43,706 nucleotides of DNA, taken from IMG/VR virus record IMGVR_UViG_3300001282_000003, one strand, 5' to 3'. Below are positions 30,393 to 38,185 of this stretch, one piece after another. This stretch comes from an uncultured virus (IMG/VR IMGVR_UViG_3300001282_000003). Its lineage: Duplodnaviria > Heunggongvirae > Uroviricota > Caudoviricetes. The number at the start of each line of letters is the position of its first letter. Position 1 is the stretch's first letter. A model generated the notes under the pieces. The model was not told where the DNA came from and did no database searches. It worked only from the letters and a program-made list of their open reading frames with translations. Both the position numbers and the translations under genes were made by a program.

Positions 30393-30421
30393 TAAACATT
30401 TTAATTAACTTTAGATATAAC
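30393..30421 (+). promoter_or_regulatory. putative phage promoter TAAAC-N18-TATAAC
   Basis: TAAAC attttaattaactttaga TATAAC upstream of ORF 30444. Confidence 0.6.
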
Positions 30422-30443
30422 TAAAAACATAAAAATAATTCAT

Positions 30444-30659
30444 ATGGGAAAAGCAGCAAAAGAACATCGTAGAAAAGTTCAAGCAAGAAACAACAAATTA
30501 AAGCAAGAAAAAGACAAGGTTCAAAAGTTTCAAAGAGAGTTTATCATGAATATGATTAAACAAGAACAAGAAAAAGGAATGTTTGAAAATAATCAAACTA
30601 TCAACCCAGTCATTGACGGACCAGCTATCGATACAACAATTGAAGGACCTTCAATTTAA
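30444..30659 (+). CDS. small protein with basic N-terminus
   Basis: 71 aa MGKAAKEHRRKVQARNNKLK; has its own promoter. Confidence 0.75.
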   Translation: MGKAAKEHRRKVQARNNKLKQEKDKVQKFQREFIMNMIKQEQEKGMFENNQTINPVIDGPAIDTTIEGPSI

Positions 30660-30670
30660 TATTATTTAAA

Positions 30671-30847
30671 CTAGATAAGGCTTTGTTTGATTGAACTAGA
30701 TAATTTAGTTCTTTCAAACAAAGCCTTATTTATTTTAGCAACCAGATACTTTCTAGCTAGTTCCGTCTTAGGGCAAGATGGTTTTTCCATCTTACACTTA
30801 ATTAAGTACCAATTTGCTAAAAGAATTGAATCTACGTCTTGTTTCAT
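30671..30847 (-). CDS. small basic protein (58 aa, not in the ORF track)
   Basis: MKQDVDSILLANWYLIKCKMEKPSCPKTELARKYLVAKINKALFERTKLSSSIKQSLI*; palindromic TTATATATAA at 30872-30881 upstream. Confidence 0.5.
   Translation of the reverse strand: MKQDVDSILLANWYLIKCKMEKPSCPKTELARKYLVAKINKALFERTKLSSSIKQSLI
30675..30729. repeat. long inverted repeat (55-nt hairpin)
   Basis: ATAAGGCTTTGTTTGA/TCAAACAAAGCCTTAT 16-bp arms plus inner GAACTA/TAGTTC. Confidence 0.85.
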
Positions 30848-30905
30848 TTATTAAATAAACTTTTAATGACATTATATATAAAAAAATAAAACTAATTTTC
30901 TTATT

Positions 30906-31991
30906 TTGAAAAATAAATCTAAATACATCGGTCCAACTCTAAATCTTAATGTAAATAAAGATGATGCTGAGTTAAATGACTTTTTATATTGTTGGGAGCA
31001 ATTTGAATCTCGACCTAATAAAATAGTTATACATAATACATATTCAACAAAATTATTTGTTGATGTATTAAACACATACATAATTGAAAGAAACTTCTTT
31101 ACTGAGGTTTTACCAGATGAAGAAAAATTCATCATCAATGATAAAATGTTTGTTAAATTAAGTGAAGATACTTATTGTTCTTATATCATAATTGATAGAA
31201 AACATGAAAACTCTATGGTTAATGAAGTAACCTTCTTTTATAAATCAGAAGATAACTTTGAAACTATACAAGAAATAGTTGAAAAATTAAATGATTGTAT
31301 TGTTAATTTTGAAGAAGATGAATCTAATAAGTTAAGCACCATAGCTCTCAGTTCTACAAGTGGTTTAGAAATTGAACCAATTGATATGTCTGAGTTTGAT
31401 ATTGATAACTTCTCACTTTACTATGCTAAACAAACTGGAAAAGATATTAATAAACTTATAAAAGAAATTAAGAAGTCTAATAAAGGTTTAAGTATTCTTC
31501 ACGGTGAAAGAGGTACTGGTAAAACATCTGTTATCAACTACATAGCTTCTAAATTAGACAGAACTGTTATCTTCATACCTAACAATATGATCGAACACAC
31601 TATAAACAATCCAGAGTTCAGAAAGTTCTTAAAAAGATATAGTAAGCCAGTTATTATTATAGATGATTGTGAAATGCTTTTTCACGAATACTTTACTAAA
31701 TCTAATATGTTCGCAAATAATCTTTTACAAATGGTTGATGGTTTTTTATCAGATTCAATGGAAGTTAATATAATTGCTATATTTAATGTTGAAGATGAAG
31801 ATGAAATAGATCATTCACTCTTAGAATCAAATAACTTAATCAGAGTAATTGACTTTGAATATTTATCACCAATTGAATCGGTAGAGTTATCTGAATATCT
31901 AGGTAATAATAAACAATATAAAAACAAAACTACGGTTTTAGATATAATAAGGAATAAGAAACCTAAAGAACGTAAAGAGTTTGGTTTCTAA
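30906..31991 (+). CDS. AAA+ ATPase-like protein
   Basis: HGERGTGKT Walker A, IIIDDCE Walker B, NLLQMVDGFL; TTG start uncertain. Confidence 0.85.
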   Translation: MKNKSKYIGPTLNLNVNKDDAELNDFLYCWEQFESRPNKIVIHNTYSTKLFVDVLNTYIIERNFFTEVLPDEEKFIINDKMFVKLSEDTYCSYIIIDRKHENSMVNEVTFFYKSEDNFETIQEIVEKLNDCIVNFEEDESNKLSTIALSSTSGLEIEPIDMSEFDIDNFSLYYAKQTGKDINKLIKEIKKSNKGLSILHGERGTGKTSVINYIASKLDRTVIFIPNNMIEHTINNPEFRKFLKRYSKPVIIIDDCEMLFHEYFTKSNMFANNLLQMVDGFLSDSMEVNIIAIFNVEDEDEIDHSLLESNNLIRVIDFEYLSPIESVELSEYLGNNKQYKNKTTVLDIIRNKKPKERKEFGF

Positions 31992-32007
31992 AAAAAATAT
32001 ATATACT

Positions 32008-32340
32008 ATGATTTCGGAACTAAAAGACGATGAGATACTTGAATTTCTAATGACTTCAGAGTTTGAGGATGATTATTCTCCAACTGAGTTAAAGTATTTA
32101 TTAATTAAATGGAGATATTTTTATAGACTTAAACAAGGAAACTTAGAAAGAAAAACAGTTGACTTTGAAGGTCAAATACAAAATTTGGAAAATAAAATTA
32201 AAGGTCAAGAAAAAGAAAAATTGAATTTACAAGTTCAATTAGCTGATAAGCAAAACGTCATTGATAGTATGAAAAACAGAAATCTTACACTCAAGGAAAG
32301 ATGGTCTGGAAAAATTATTCTTAAAGAAAATGAAAATTAA
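32008..32340 (+). CDS. coiled-coil hypothetical protein
   Basis: ATG at 32008 lies 4 nt after AATATATA (31996-32003). Confidence 0.7.
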   Translation: MISELKDDEILEFLMTSEFEDDYSPTELKYLLIKWRYFYRLKQGNLERKTVDFEGQIQNLENKIKGQEKEKLNLQVQLADKQNVIDSMKNRNLTLKERWSGKIILKENEN

Positions 32341-33454
32341 TGAATTTAAAAAATTAGAAGAAAAAATAAATGGTCAGAATTTTAACCAAGGATATAAAAA
32401 TATCAATGTGGTTATGTTATTACTTTCTATTTTTGGACACTTTGCTTCTATATTTTTAGCTTACTTTGCTTTATCAAAAGTATTAGGTGGTGTTATTGAA
32501 AATAATCCTGTTGCTGTATTTATAGCTTCTATTGTTATGTTAAGTGGTCTTGAATTACTTAAAAGAGATATCTTTGATAAATTTAGTATTCAATATTTAA
32601 AGGTCAAAGCATTCACAAAAGATGTTTTACCTTTATTTATATTAAGTTTAGCAATTATTGGTACATCATTTTATGCTTCTATTAATGGTGCTAAAGAATT
32701 CTCTTCTAAAGAAGCTGTAATTGAACAAACTCAAAAAGAAAATGTTAATCAATTCTCTGATAGTTTAACTAAAGTTTATAATGTTAAAATTACTGATATT
32801 GAGGCTGAGATTAAAGTAAACAAAGATAAGCTTGATGCTAAAGATAAAGAACAAACTGAACTTGAAGCAATTCAACCACCAACTCGTTCTCAAAAAAGTA
32901 GAATAAAAGACTTAAAAGATGAGAAAACAACTTTAAGATCAGATATTACTAAATTAGAAGCAGATGAGACTACTGTTAAGACTGAACTTGCTACTAAAAT
33001 TAAAGAACACGAAACAACTGTTGGAGCTGAGACAGAAGATAAAAAGAAAGATAATAGTTCAAACTCATTGGCTTTTATCTTAATCTCAACTTTAATTGAG
33101 TTAGTTATCTTAGCTGGTGTTTATTTTAACGAATACTATAAATTCCGTTCTTATAAAGAATTTAGAGATAGACTTGAAAAAGATCCTAACTATCAAAAAT
33201 GGATGCTTTACGATCAGATGCTAAATATTATTTACACAGAAGATACTAAAATGAATCAAAAGTTACCTGCTAATAAAGGTATTGCTGATATGTGTAAAGT
33301 AAATGATATTATTGTTATGCCTAAAGATGTAACAGACTTCTTAAAAGTTATGAATGGGTTAGGTATTATCAAAACATCAGGCTCAAGTAGATATGTTAAC
33401 AAACAAAGAGATTTAGCTTTTGAGATTCTAAGAAAACAATTTAATATTCAATAA
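32330..33454 (+). CDS. multi-TM membrane protein with long coiled coil
   Basis: Three N-terminal hydrophobic helices, about 120 aa coiled coil, fourth TM helix, soluble C-terminal domain. Confidence 0.8.
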   Translation: MKINEFKKLEEKINGQNFNQGYKNINVVMLLLSIFGHFASIFLAYFALSKVLGGVIENNPVAVFIASIVMLSGLELLKRDIFDKFSIQYLKVKAFTKDVLPLFILSLAIIGTSFYASINGAKEFSSKEAVIEQTQKENVNQFSDSLTKVYNVKITDIEAEIKVNKDKLDAKDKEQTELEAIQPPTRSQKSRIKDLKDEKTTLRSDITKLEADETTVKTELATKIKEHETTVGAETEDKKKDNSSNSLAFILISTLIELVILAGVYFNEYYKFRSYKEFRDRLEKDPNYQKWMLYDQMLNIIYTEDTKMNQKLPANKGIADMCKVNDIIVMPKDVTDFLKVMNGLGIIKTSGSSRYVNKQRDLAFEILRKQFNIQ

Positions 33455-33455
33455 T

Positions 33456-33484
33456 AAAAAAGCCACTCTATGAGTGGCTTTTTT
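33456..33484 (+). terminator. intrinsic terminator
   Basis: AAAAAAGCCACTC-tat-GAGTGGCTTTTTT. Confidence 0.9.
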
Positions 33485-33556
33485 ATTTGTACTAAAGAAT
33501 AAAATCCAAAGAAAGTGTCATTTTTAATATATAAACCATAAAAAATAAAAATATTT

Positions 33557-33772
33557 ATGGAATACTTAGACAAATATGACAAATTAGTTAAGTTACTTAC
33601 TGAGGATTTTGAAATCGAAGGAAAGAATTTTAACTTGAAAGAAGACTTTGAAAAGTTTTTTGTTAAAGGAAACAAAACAGCAGGTACTCGTATCAGAAGA
33701 GCCATGCAAGAGTTAAAAAAGATATCTCAAGAAGTTAGAAATGATGTTCAAGAGTACAAAGGTAAAATATAA
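33557..33772 (+). CDS. histone H1-like (Hc1-family) nucleoid protein
   Basis: DFEKFFVKGNKTAGTRIRRAMQELKKISQEVRNDVQ matches the GNxxAGTRxRK core of Bacteroidetes/Chlamydia Hc1-like proteins. Confidence 0.8.
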   Translation: MEYLDKYDKLVKLLTEDFEIEGKNFNLKEDFEKFFVKGNKTAGTRIRRAMQELKKISQEVRNDVQEYKGKI

Positions 33773-33790
33773 ATTACTTAAATCATTAAT

Positions 33791-33818
33791 AAAAGTCGAA
33801 CAAATGTTCGACTTTTTT
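33791..33818 (+). terminator. intrinsic terminator
   Basis: AAAAGTCGAACA-aa-TGTTCGACTTTTTT. Confidence 0.9.
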
Positions 33819-33840
33819 CATTTAGAAAAATATAAATAAA

Positions 33841-34716
33841 ATGATAACCATAATCGCTCATAACAATAATTCTGGACTAACAAAAGATATAATTATACTC
33901 ACTGATATTTTAAGTAAGATAGGTAAAGTTGAATTTAGAGATAATTCTGATAAGTTAGAACCACTTAGTGACGATAATGAAATTTGTATATTCTTAGAAT
34001 CACTTGACAGAAGATACTATGGTAAATACAATATATTAATTCCCAATCAAGAATGGTTTTTTAGAGAATGGATTCAAGAGTTAGTAAATTTCCAATCAAT
34101 TTTTGTTAAAACAAAAATAGCATATCAAATATTTAGTAATGTACACAATAACGTTCACTACATAGGATTCACATCATTTGATATGTATAAAGATGTCGAG
34201 AAAGTAAAAGAATGTTTTCATACTCAAGGTAAATCGATTAATAAAGGAACAGAAATTTTAACTAATTGGAATATAAGTATGCCAAAACTTAATATAATAT
34301 CGAAGAGTCAAATAATAAAACCCAATGTTAACTTTATAGGAAATAGGTTAGATGATTCTGAATTTATAGATATGGCTAACCGAAACCTAATACACATTTG
34401 TCCATCAACTGTTGAAGGGTGGGGTCATTATATAAATGAAGCTAAATCAATGGCAAATGTTGTTGTTACAACCAACGCAAGACCAATGAGTGAATTAATA
34501 ACAGACTCAAGATTTCTTTGTGAAGTAGTTGATGTTGAAAAGAGGTTCAATAAATTAGGTAAATGGTCAATAACAAACATTCAGAAAATAGAATCTGTAT
34601 TATCTAACATAATAGATTTAGACTTAATCGAAATAGGAAAACAAAATAGAATTGAATTCTTAGAGAATGATAAAGAGTTCAAGGAGAGACTTATAAACTC
34701 GATGAAGACTATTTAA
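33841..34716 (+). CDS. GT-B fold glycosyltransferase (GT4-like)
   Basis: IPNQEWF, FHTQGKS..KGT, HICPSTVEGWGHYINEAKS (Ex7E), TTNARPMSEL. Confidence 0.8.
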   Translation: MITIIAHNNNSGLTKDIIILTDILSKIGKVEFRDNSDKLEPLSDDNEICIFLESLDRRYYGKYNILIPNQEWFFREWIQELVNFQSIFVKTKIAYQIFSNVHNNVHYIGFTSFDMYKDVEKVKECFHTQGKSINKGTEILTNWNISMPKLNIISKSQIIKPNVNFIGNRLDDSEFIDMANRNLIHICPSTVEGWGHYINEAKSMANVVVTTNARPMSELITDSRFLCEVVDVEKRFNKLGKWSITNIQKIESVLSNIIDLDLIEIGKQNRIEFLENDKEFKERLINSMKTI

Positions 34717-35173
34717 CAACTTCTATTATTACTTTGACTCTACCGGAAGATAAATTAGCAATTGAATCAAAAGCACAGATACTCAAATCAATTCTATTTG
34801 GTGACTTATTACCCATTCGGTCGATTACTTTAACAATAATAGATTCATTATTACTTAAATTAGTTACTTTCAAATAAGTTCCAAATTCTGCGTGATTATA
34901 TGCTGCTGTTAAAGAATCTTTATGAAATCTCTCACCAGATGCTGTATAGTGATTGTGTAAATTATACCAAGTAGCACTATGAATCTCGTCAAAAGATGTT
35001 TTAATTTCTTCAGGTCTAATAATCTTAATAGAAGATTTAATGATTTTAGTTGTAGTCTTAGTATCAATGATAACAGACTTGTCGATTTTATTTACAACAC
35101 TTTCTTTATCACTTTTTTGAAATATAAACGTGATAAAAAGAGTAAGTAAAATTATTTTAATTTTTTTATTCAT
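34709..35173 (-). CDS. rlpA: RlpA-family (double-psi beta-barrel) lytic transglycosylase
   Basis: ATWY...TASGERF..DSLTAA...FGTYLKVTNL..VIDR...RIDLS..AF; N-terminal hydrophobic signal/anchor. Confidence 0.85.
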   Translation of the reverse strand: MNKKIKIILLTLFITFIFQKSDKESVVNKIDKSVIIDTKTTTKIIKSSIKIIRPEEIKTSFDEIHSATWYNLHNHYTASGERFHKDSLTAAYNHAEFGTYLKVTNLSNNESIIVKVIDRMGNKSPNRIDLSICAFDSIANLSSGRVKVIIEVVK

Positions 35174-35236
35174 AATTGTTTTATAGGAAAAGCAGATTGT
35201 TGTTTTAATATATATAGTACAAATTGAGATTTATAT

Positions 35237-35821
35237 ATGAAAAAATTCAGTAACATATCAAACGTAAAGGTTTCAGAAGAACCTAAAGTAGAAGTTAAAC
35301 AGTTAAACGAAGAAGAAATGTTTAAGGTTAAAGTTATGAACTTGATGGAACAACTTCTTTCTATTAGAACATATGGTCCAATTGATAGATATTTAAGAGC
35401 TGGTAGTATCAAAGTTGCTGGTAAAGAAATGTTCTTAGAAGCTTTAATGGATTTGTTAAAAGATAAATCTTCAAAAGAAGAAAAGAAAATATTAGAATCA
35501 TTAAAATCCTCAGTATCTGATTGGGAAACAATCGATTCTAAAATTGATGAGGTAAATCAAAAGATCGCTGAAGGTCAAGAAAAAGATAAAATGATTCCAC
35601 ATAGAAATAAACTTAAATCTCTTTATAATAATTACGGCCAAGACGAAGAAATGTTTATGAATATGGTTCAAGAGTCTTGTAGTAAAATTACAAATGCTGA
35701 ATCAGCTTACCTAAGAGGTTTAACTGCTGAATATATGGCAAATGAAGGTAAATATCCAAAAGAAGTATTTACTAAAGTATCTGAGTTATTTAAGGAAAAG
35801 TCTAAACAATTAAGTAATTAA
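35237..35821 (+). CDS. hypothetical protein (late class)
   Basis: 194 aa, MKKFSNI; AATATATA at 35207-35214. Confidence 0.75.
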   Translation: MKKFSNISNVKVSEEPKVEVKQLNEEEMFKVKVMNLMEQLLSIRTYGPIDRYLRAGSIKVAGKEMFLEALMDLLKDKSSKEEKKILESLKSSVSDWETIDSKIDEVNQKIAEGQEKDKMIPHRNKLKSLYNNYGQDEEMFMNMVQESCSKITNAESAYLRGLTAEYMANEGKYPKEVFTKVSELFKEKSKQLSN

Positions 35822-35835
35822 TTCATAAAATCTTT

Positions 35836-36504
35836 ATGAATGATCTTAATATAGATTACATAAATGATATCCTATCTACTTCTGTTATATCACACAAAAA
35901 TTTAATTGGTGAAACACTATTTGTTAATAGCAATCCTGCTAAGGTAGAATCTGTTGAAGTTAAAAAAGTTAATAATAGTATTGTTACTAGTAGAACAAGT
36001 AATGATTATAAACTAGATTCAACTACAACTGAAATCAAGAATCTTGATACGCCTTCTTTGATGTGTTCAATATCATTATTACTTGATAATCAATTTATTA
36101 AATCATTAGAAATATTTGGTACAGATGAATTAGAGTTCTATAAGAAAGGAATTATGAAGTTACTCAGTAAGCCAAATCCACAAGTTATAGTTGATGAGAT
36201 AGGTGAATACTACGACTGGGTTATAACATCACCTAAAATTTTCAATTACTTATCAAAACATAAAAACTTTGAATCTTTAACAGATGAGAAAGTAACTTCA
36301 ATAAAGTTAAGAGGTAAGATAAATCAACTAAGTTTATTTGTAACAGATAATGTTGATAACGATACTTTATTCAAAGGAAGTTGTAAAGATAGTTCAAGTG
36401 TTATGTTAGATAGATTAAATATATCTAAAGAATCAAATATATATAATGTTAAGGTTGATTATTTATTTATCAATCGAGGCGTTAGAAAATTGATTTTAGA
36501 ATGA
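35836..36504 (+). CDS. hypothetical protein, possible degenerate gp23/gp24-like capsid fold
   Basis: ISLLLDNQFIKSL, DWVITSPKI..YL, GKINQLSLFV resemble T4 gp23 blocks; the ORF is solid, the fold is tentative. Confidence 0.5.
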   Translation: MNDLNIDYINDILSTSVISHKNLIGETLFVNSNPAKVESVEVKKVNNSIVTSRTSNDYKLDSTTTEIKNLDTPSLMCSISLLLDNQFIKSLEIFGTDELEFYKKGIMKLLSKPNPQVIVDEIGEYYDWVITSPKIFNYLSKHKNFESLTDEKVTSIKLRGKINQLSLFVTDNVDNDTLFKGSCKDSSSVMLDRLNISKESNIYNVKVDYLFINRGVRKLILE

Positions 36505-36737
36505 GTGAACTAACAGATAATCAACTTGATAAACTTTATGAAATGTCTGAGATACATTTCAAATGGTTTCAAATATACTGTCCTGATACTAAATACGAAG
36601 AAGTGTTACAACTTAATCATATTAAGATGATGAGTATAATGAGCGGGTGTTCAGATTGCTCAGAAGATATGTTAGACTTTATCTTTGATGCTATCATTAG
36701 AGATTACAAAGAAATGTTAAAAGATTATAGTAAATAA
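36501..36737 (+). CDS. hypothetical protein
   Basis: 78 aa, ATGA overlap. Confidence 0.65.
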   Translation: MSELTDNQLDKLYEMSEIHFKWFQIYCPDTKYEEVLQLNHIKMMSIMSGCSDCSEDMLDFIFDAIIRDYKEMLKDYSK

Positions 36738-36794
36738 TTAAAAAAAACAATTTTTAAAATAAATATATACATTATTAAAAAAATAATTAAAACT

Positions 36795-37325
36795 ATGAAA
36801 TACGTTAAAACCTTTGAAAACTTTTCTCAGGAAATGAGCTCTGAGATGGCACAAAGAGAACAAGAATTAGATATTAATTCACCCGAATATAAAGAGATGT
36901 TATTAAAAATAGCAGATGAAAAGGGAATTGATAATGCTGAGGTTCTTAAAATTCATGATGAAATAAAAGATTTACCAGTTGAGACAAACGAAGAGGTTGG
37001 TCCTATCGCTCTTCTTCTTGTTATTCCTATGTGTGTGACTTTATTTCTTACTAGTATGGGATTAAATGCTCTTACCGCACGCAAAGGTCTTAAAACATAT
37101 ATAACCGATTTAGCTAAGGGTAAAGTTACTGAATTAATCAAGAAAGATCCGAATCTTGCTGACAATTATGAGAATTTAGTAAGTAAAGCATATGACGAAA
37201 TGATGAATGACAAAGAATTCATAGCGAAAGTAAAAAAAGAGCAAGGTGATGGTTTATTCGTCCGTGGTCAAGAAAAATGGAAGGGATCGGGTGGTGTTAC
37301 ATTCGGTACAGCTGGTCGTTTTTAA
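36795..37325 (+). CDS. putative internal protein with TM helix
   Basis: MKYVKTFENF; TNEE then IALLLVIPMCVTLFL; AATATATA at 36762-36769. Confidence 0.7.
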   Translation: MKYVKTFENFSQEMSSEMAQREQELDINSPEYKEMLLKIADEKGIDNAEVLKIHDEIKDLPVETNEEVGPIALLLVIPMCVTLFLTSMGLNALTARKGLKTYITDLAKGKVTELIKKDPNLADNYENLVSKAYDEMMNDKEFIAKVKKEQGDGLFVRGQEKWKGSGGVTFGTAGRF

Positions 37326-37342
37326 TAGAATACTTTATAAAT

Positions 37343-37376
37343 AAAAAAAGAGTCCATAATAGGACTCTTTTTTTTT
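37343..37376. terminator. bidirectional intrinsic terminator
   Basis: AAAAAAAGAGTCC-ataata-GGACTCTTTTTTT between convergent genes. Confidence 0.9.
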
Positions 37377-37692
37377 ACATATTCTTTTGTAAATATTCTA
37401 TGACAGACTTATACTTGAATGAGATTTTATATTTTTTGTAAAAAATAACAAACACACCGAGTGATAGTAAAGTGTTGGTTGATACTACTAAAATATTAGG
37501 TAATATAGAAATGCAAATTACAGTTGATAATACTGAGAAAGCAAGTAAGTACTTAAAGTATCTTAGTGATTTATCCGAAATTGACTTAAATAATCTAAGA
37601 TCATTAATAAGTTCTCTTTTATCGAACACGTCTAAAGTTTGAAAGTATTCAACTAAGCTTGAGTTATCTGGTTTTTTAGAAATGAGAGTCAT
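37375..37692 (-). CDS. two-TM membrane protein
   Basis: 105 aa with two hydrophobic helices; has its own promoter. Confidence 0.65.
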   Translation of the reverse strand: MTLISKKPDNSSLVEYFQTLDVFDKRELINDLRLFKSISDKSLRYFKYLLAFSVLSTVICISILPNILVVSTNTLLSLGVFVIFYKKYKISFKYKSVIEYLQKNM

Positions 37693-37720
37693 TTAATAAA
37701 TTTTTTAGTGATTATTTATA

Positions 37721-37750
37721 CAAATATATTAAATTATTTTTAATACCAAA
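37721..37750 (-). promoter_or_regulatory. Bacteroidetes primary-sigma-type promoter
   Basis: Minus strand TTTG, 18 nt, TATATTTG. Confidence 0.6.
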
Positions 37751-37764
37751 ATTATTAAGCTCCT

Positions 37765-37792
37765 AAAAAGAGTTCTTATTGAACTCTTTTTT
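37765..37792 (-). terminator. intrinsic terminator ending the leftward rnpA operon
   Basis: AAAAAGAGTTC-ttatt-GAACTCTTTTT. Confidence 0.85.
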
Positions 37793-37795
37793 ATT

Positions 37796-38185
37796 TTAAA
37801 TAAGTTTATCTAAAGAATTTCTTCTACGATATTTTTGTTTAGACTTTTCTACTTCATCTTCAATCATGTTGTTACCATATCCCATGTAGTTTCCATAATA
37901 AAGAAGTGTTGCGTCTCCTAAATTCTCTTTAATACAATCATCACAGATAGCAATAATAAATTGGTCACCATCGTGTGTTGATCCATAACCGGCATCAATG
38001 ATATGAATAATACCATTATCAATCATTTCATTATTAACATTAACTAAACTACCATCTGGTCTTTTAGAATCTTTCCAAAGAATATCTTCTTCGTGTTGAG
38101 GTGGTGAATCTTCGGTTGAGATTTTAGAACTAACAGGTGGTGTGTTAGGAATTACATTATTTTTCTTACAACAAATACAATACAT
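37796..38185 (-). CDS. Zn-binding hypothetical protein with shared C-terminal tag
   Basis: CICC...GYGSTHDG...ICDDC; ends RRRNSLDKLI. Confidence 0.75.
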   Translation of the reverse strand: MYCICCKKNNVIPNTPPVSSKISTEDSPPQHEEDILWKDSKRPDGSLVNVNNEMIDNGIIHIIDAGYGSTHDGDQFIIAICDDCIKENLGDATLLYYGNYMGYGNNMIEDEVEKSKQKYRRRNSLDKLI

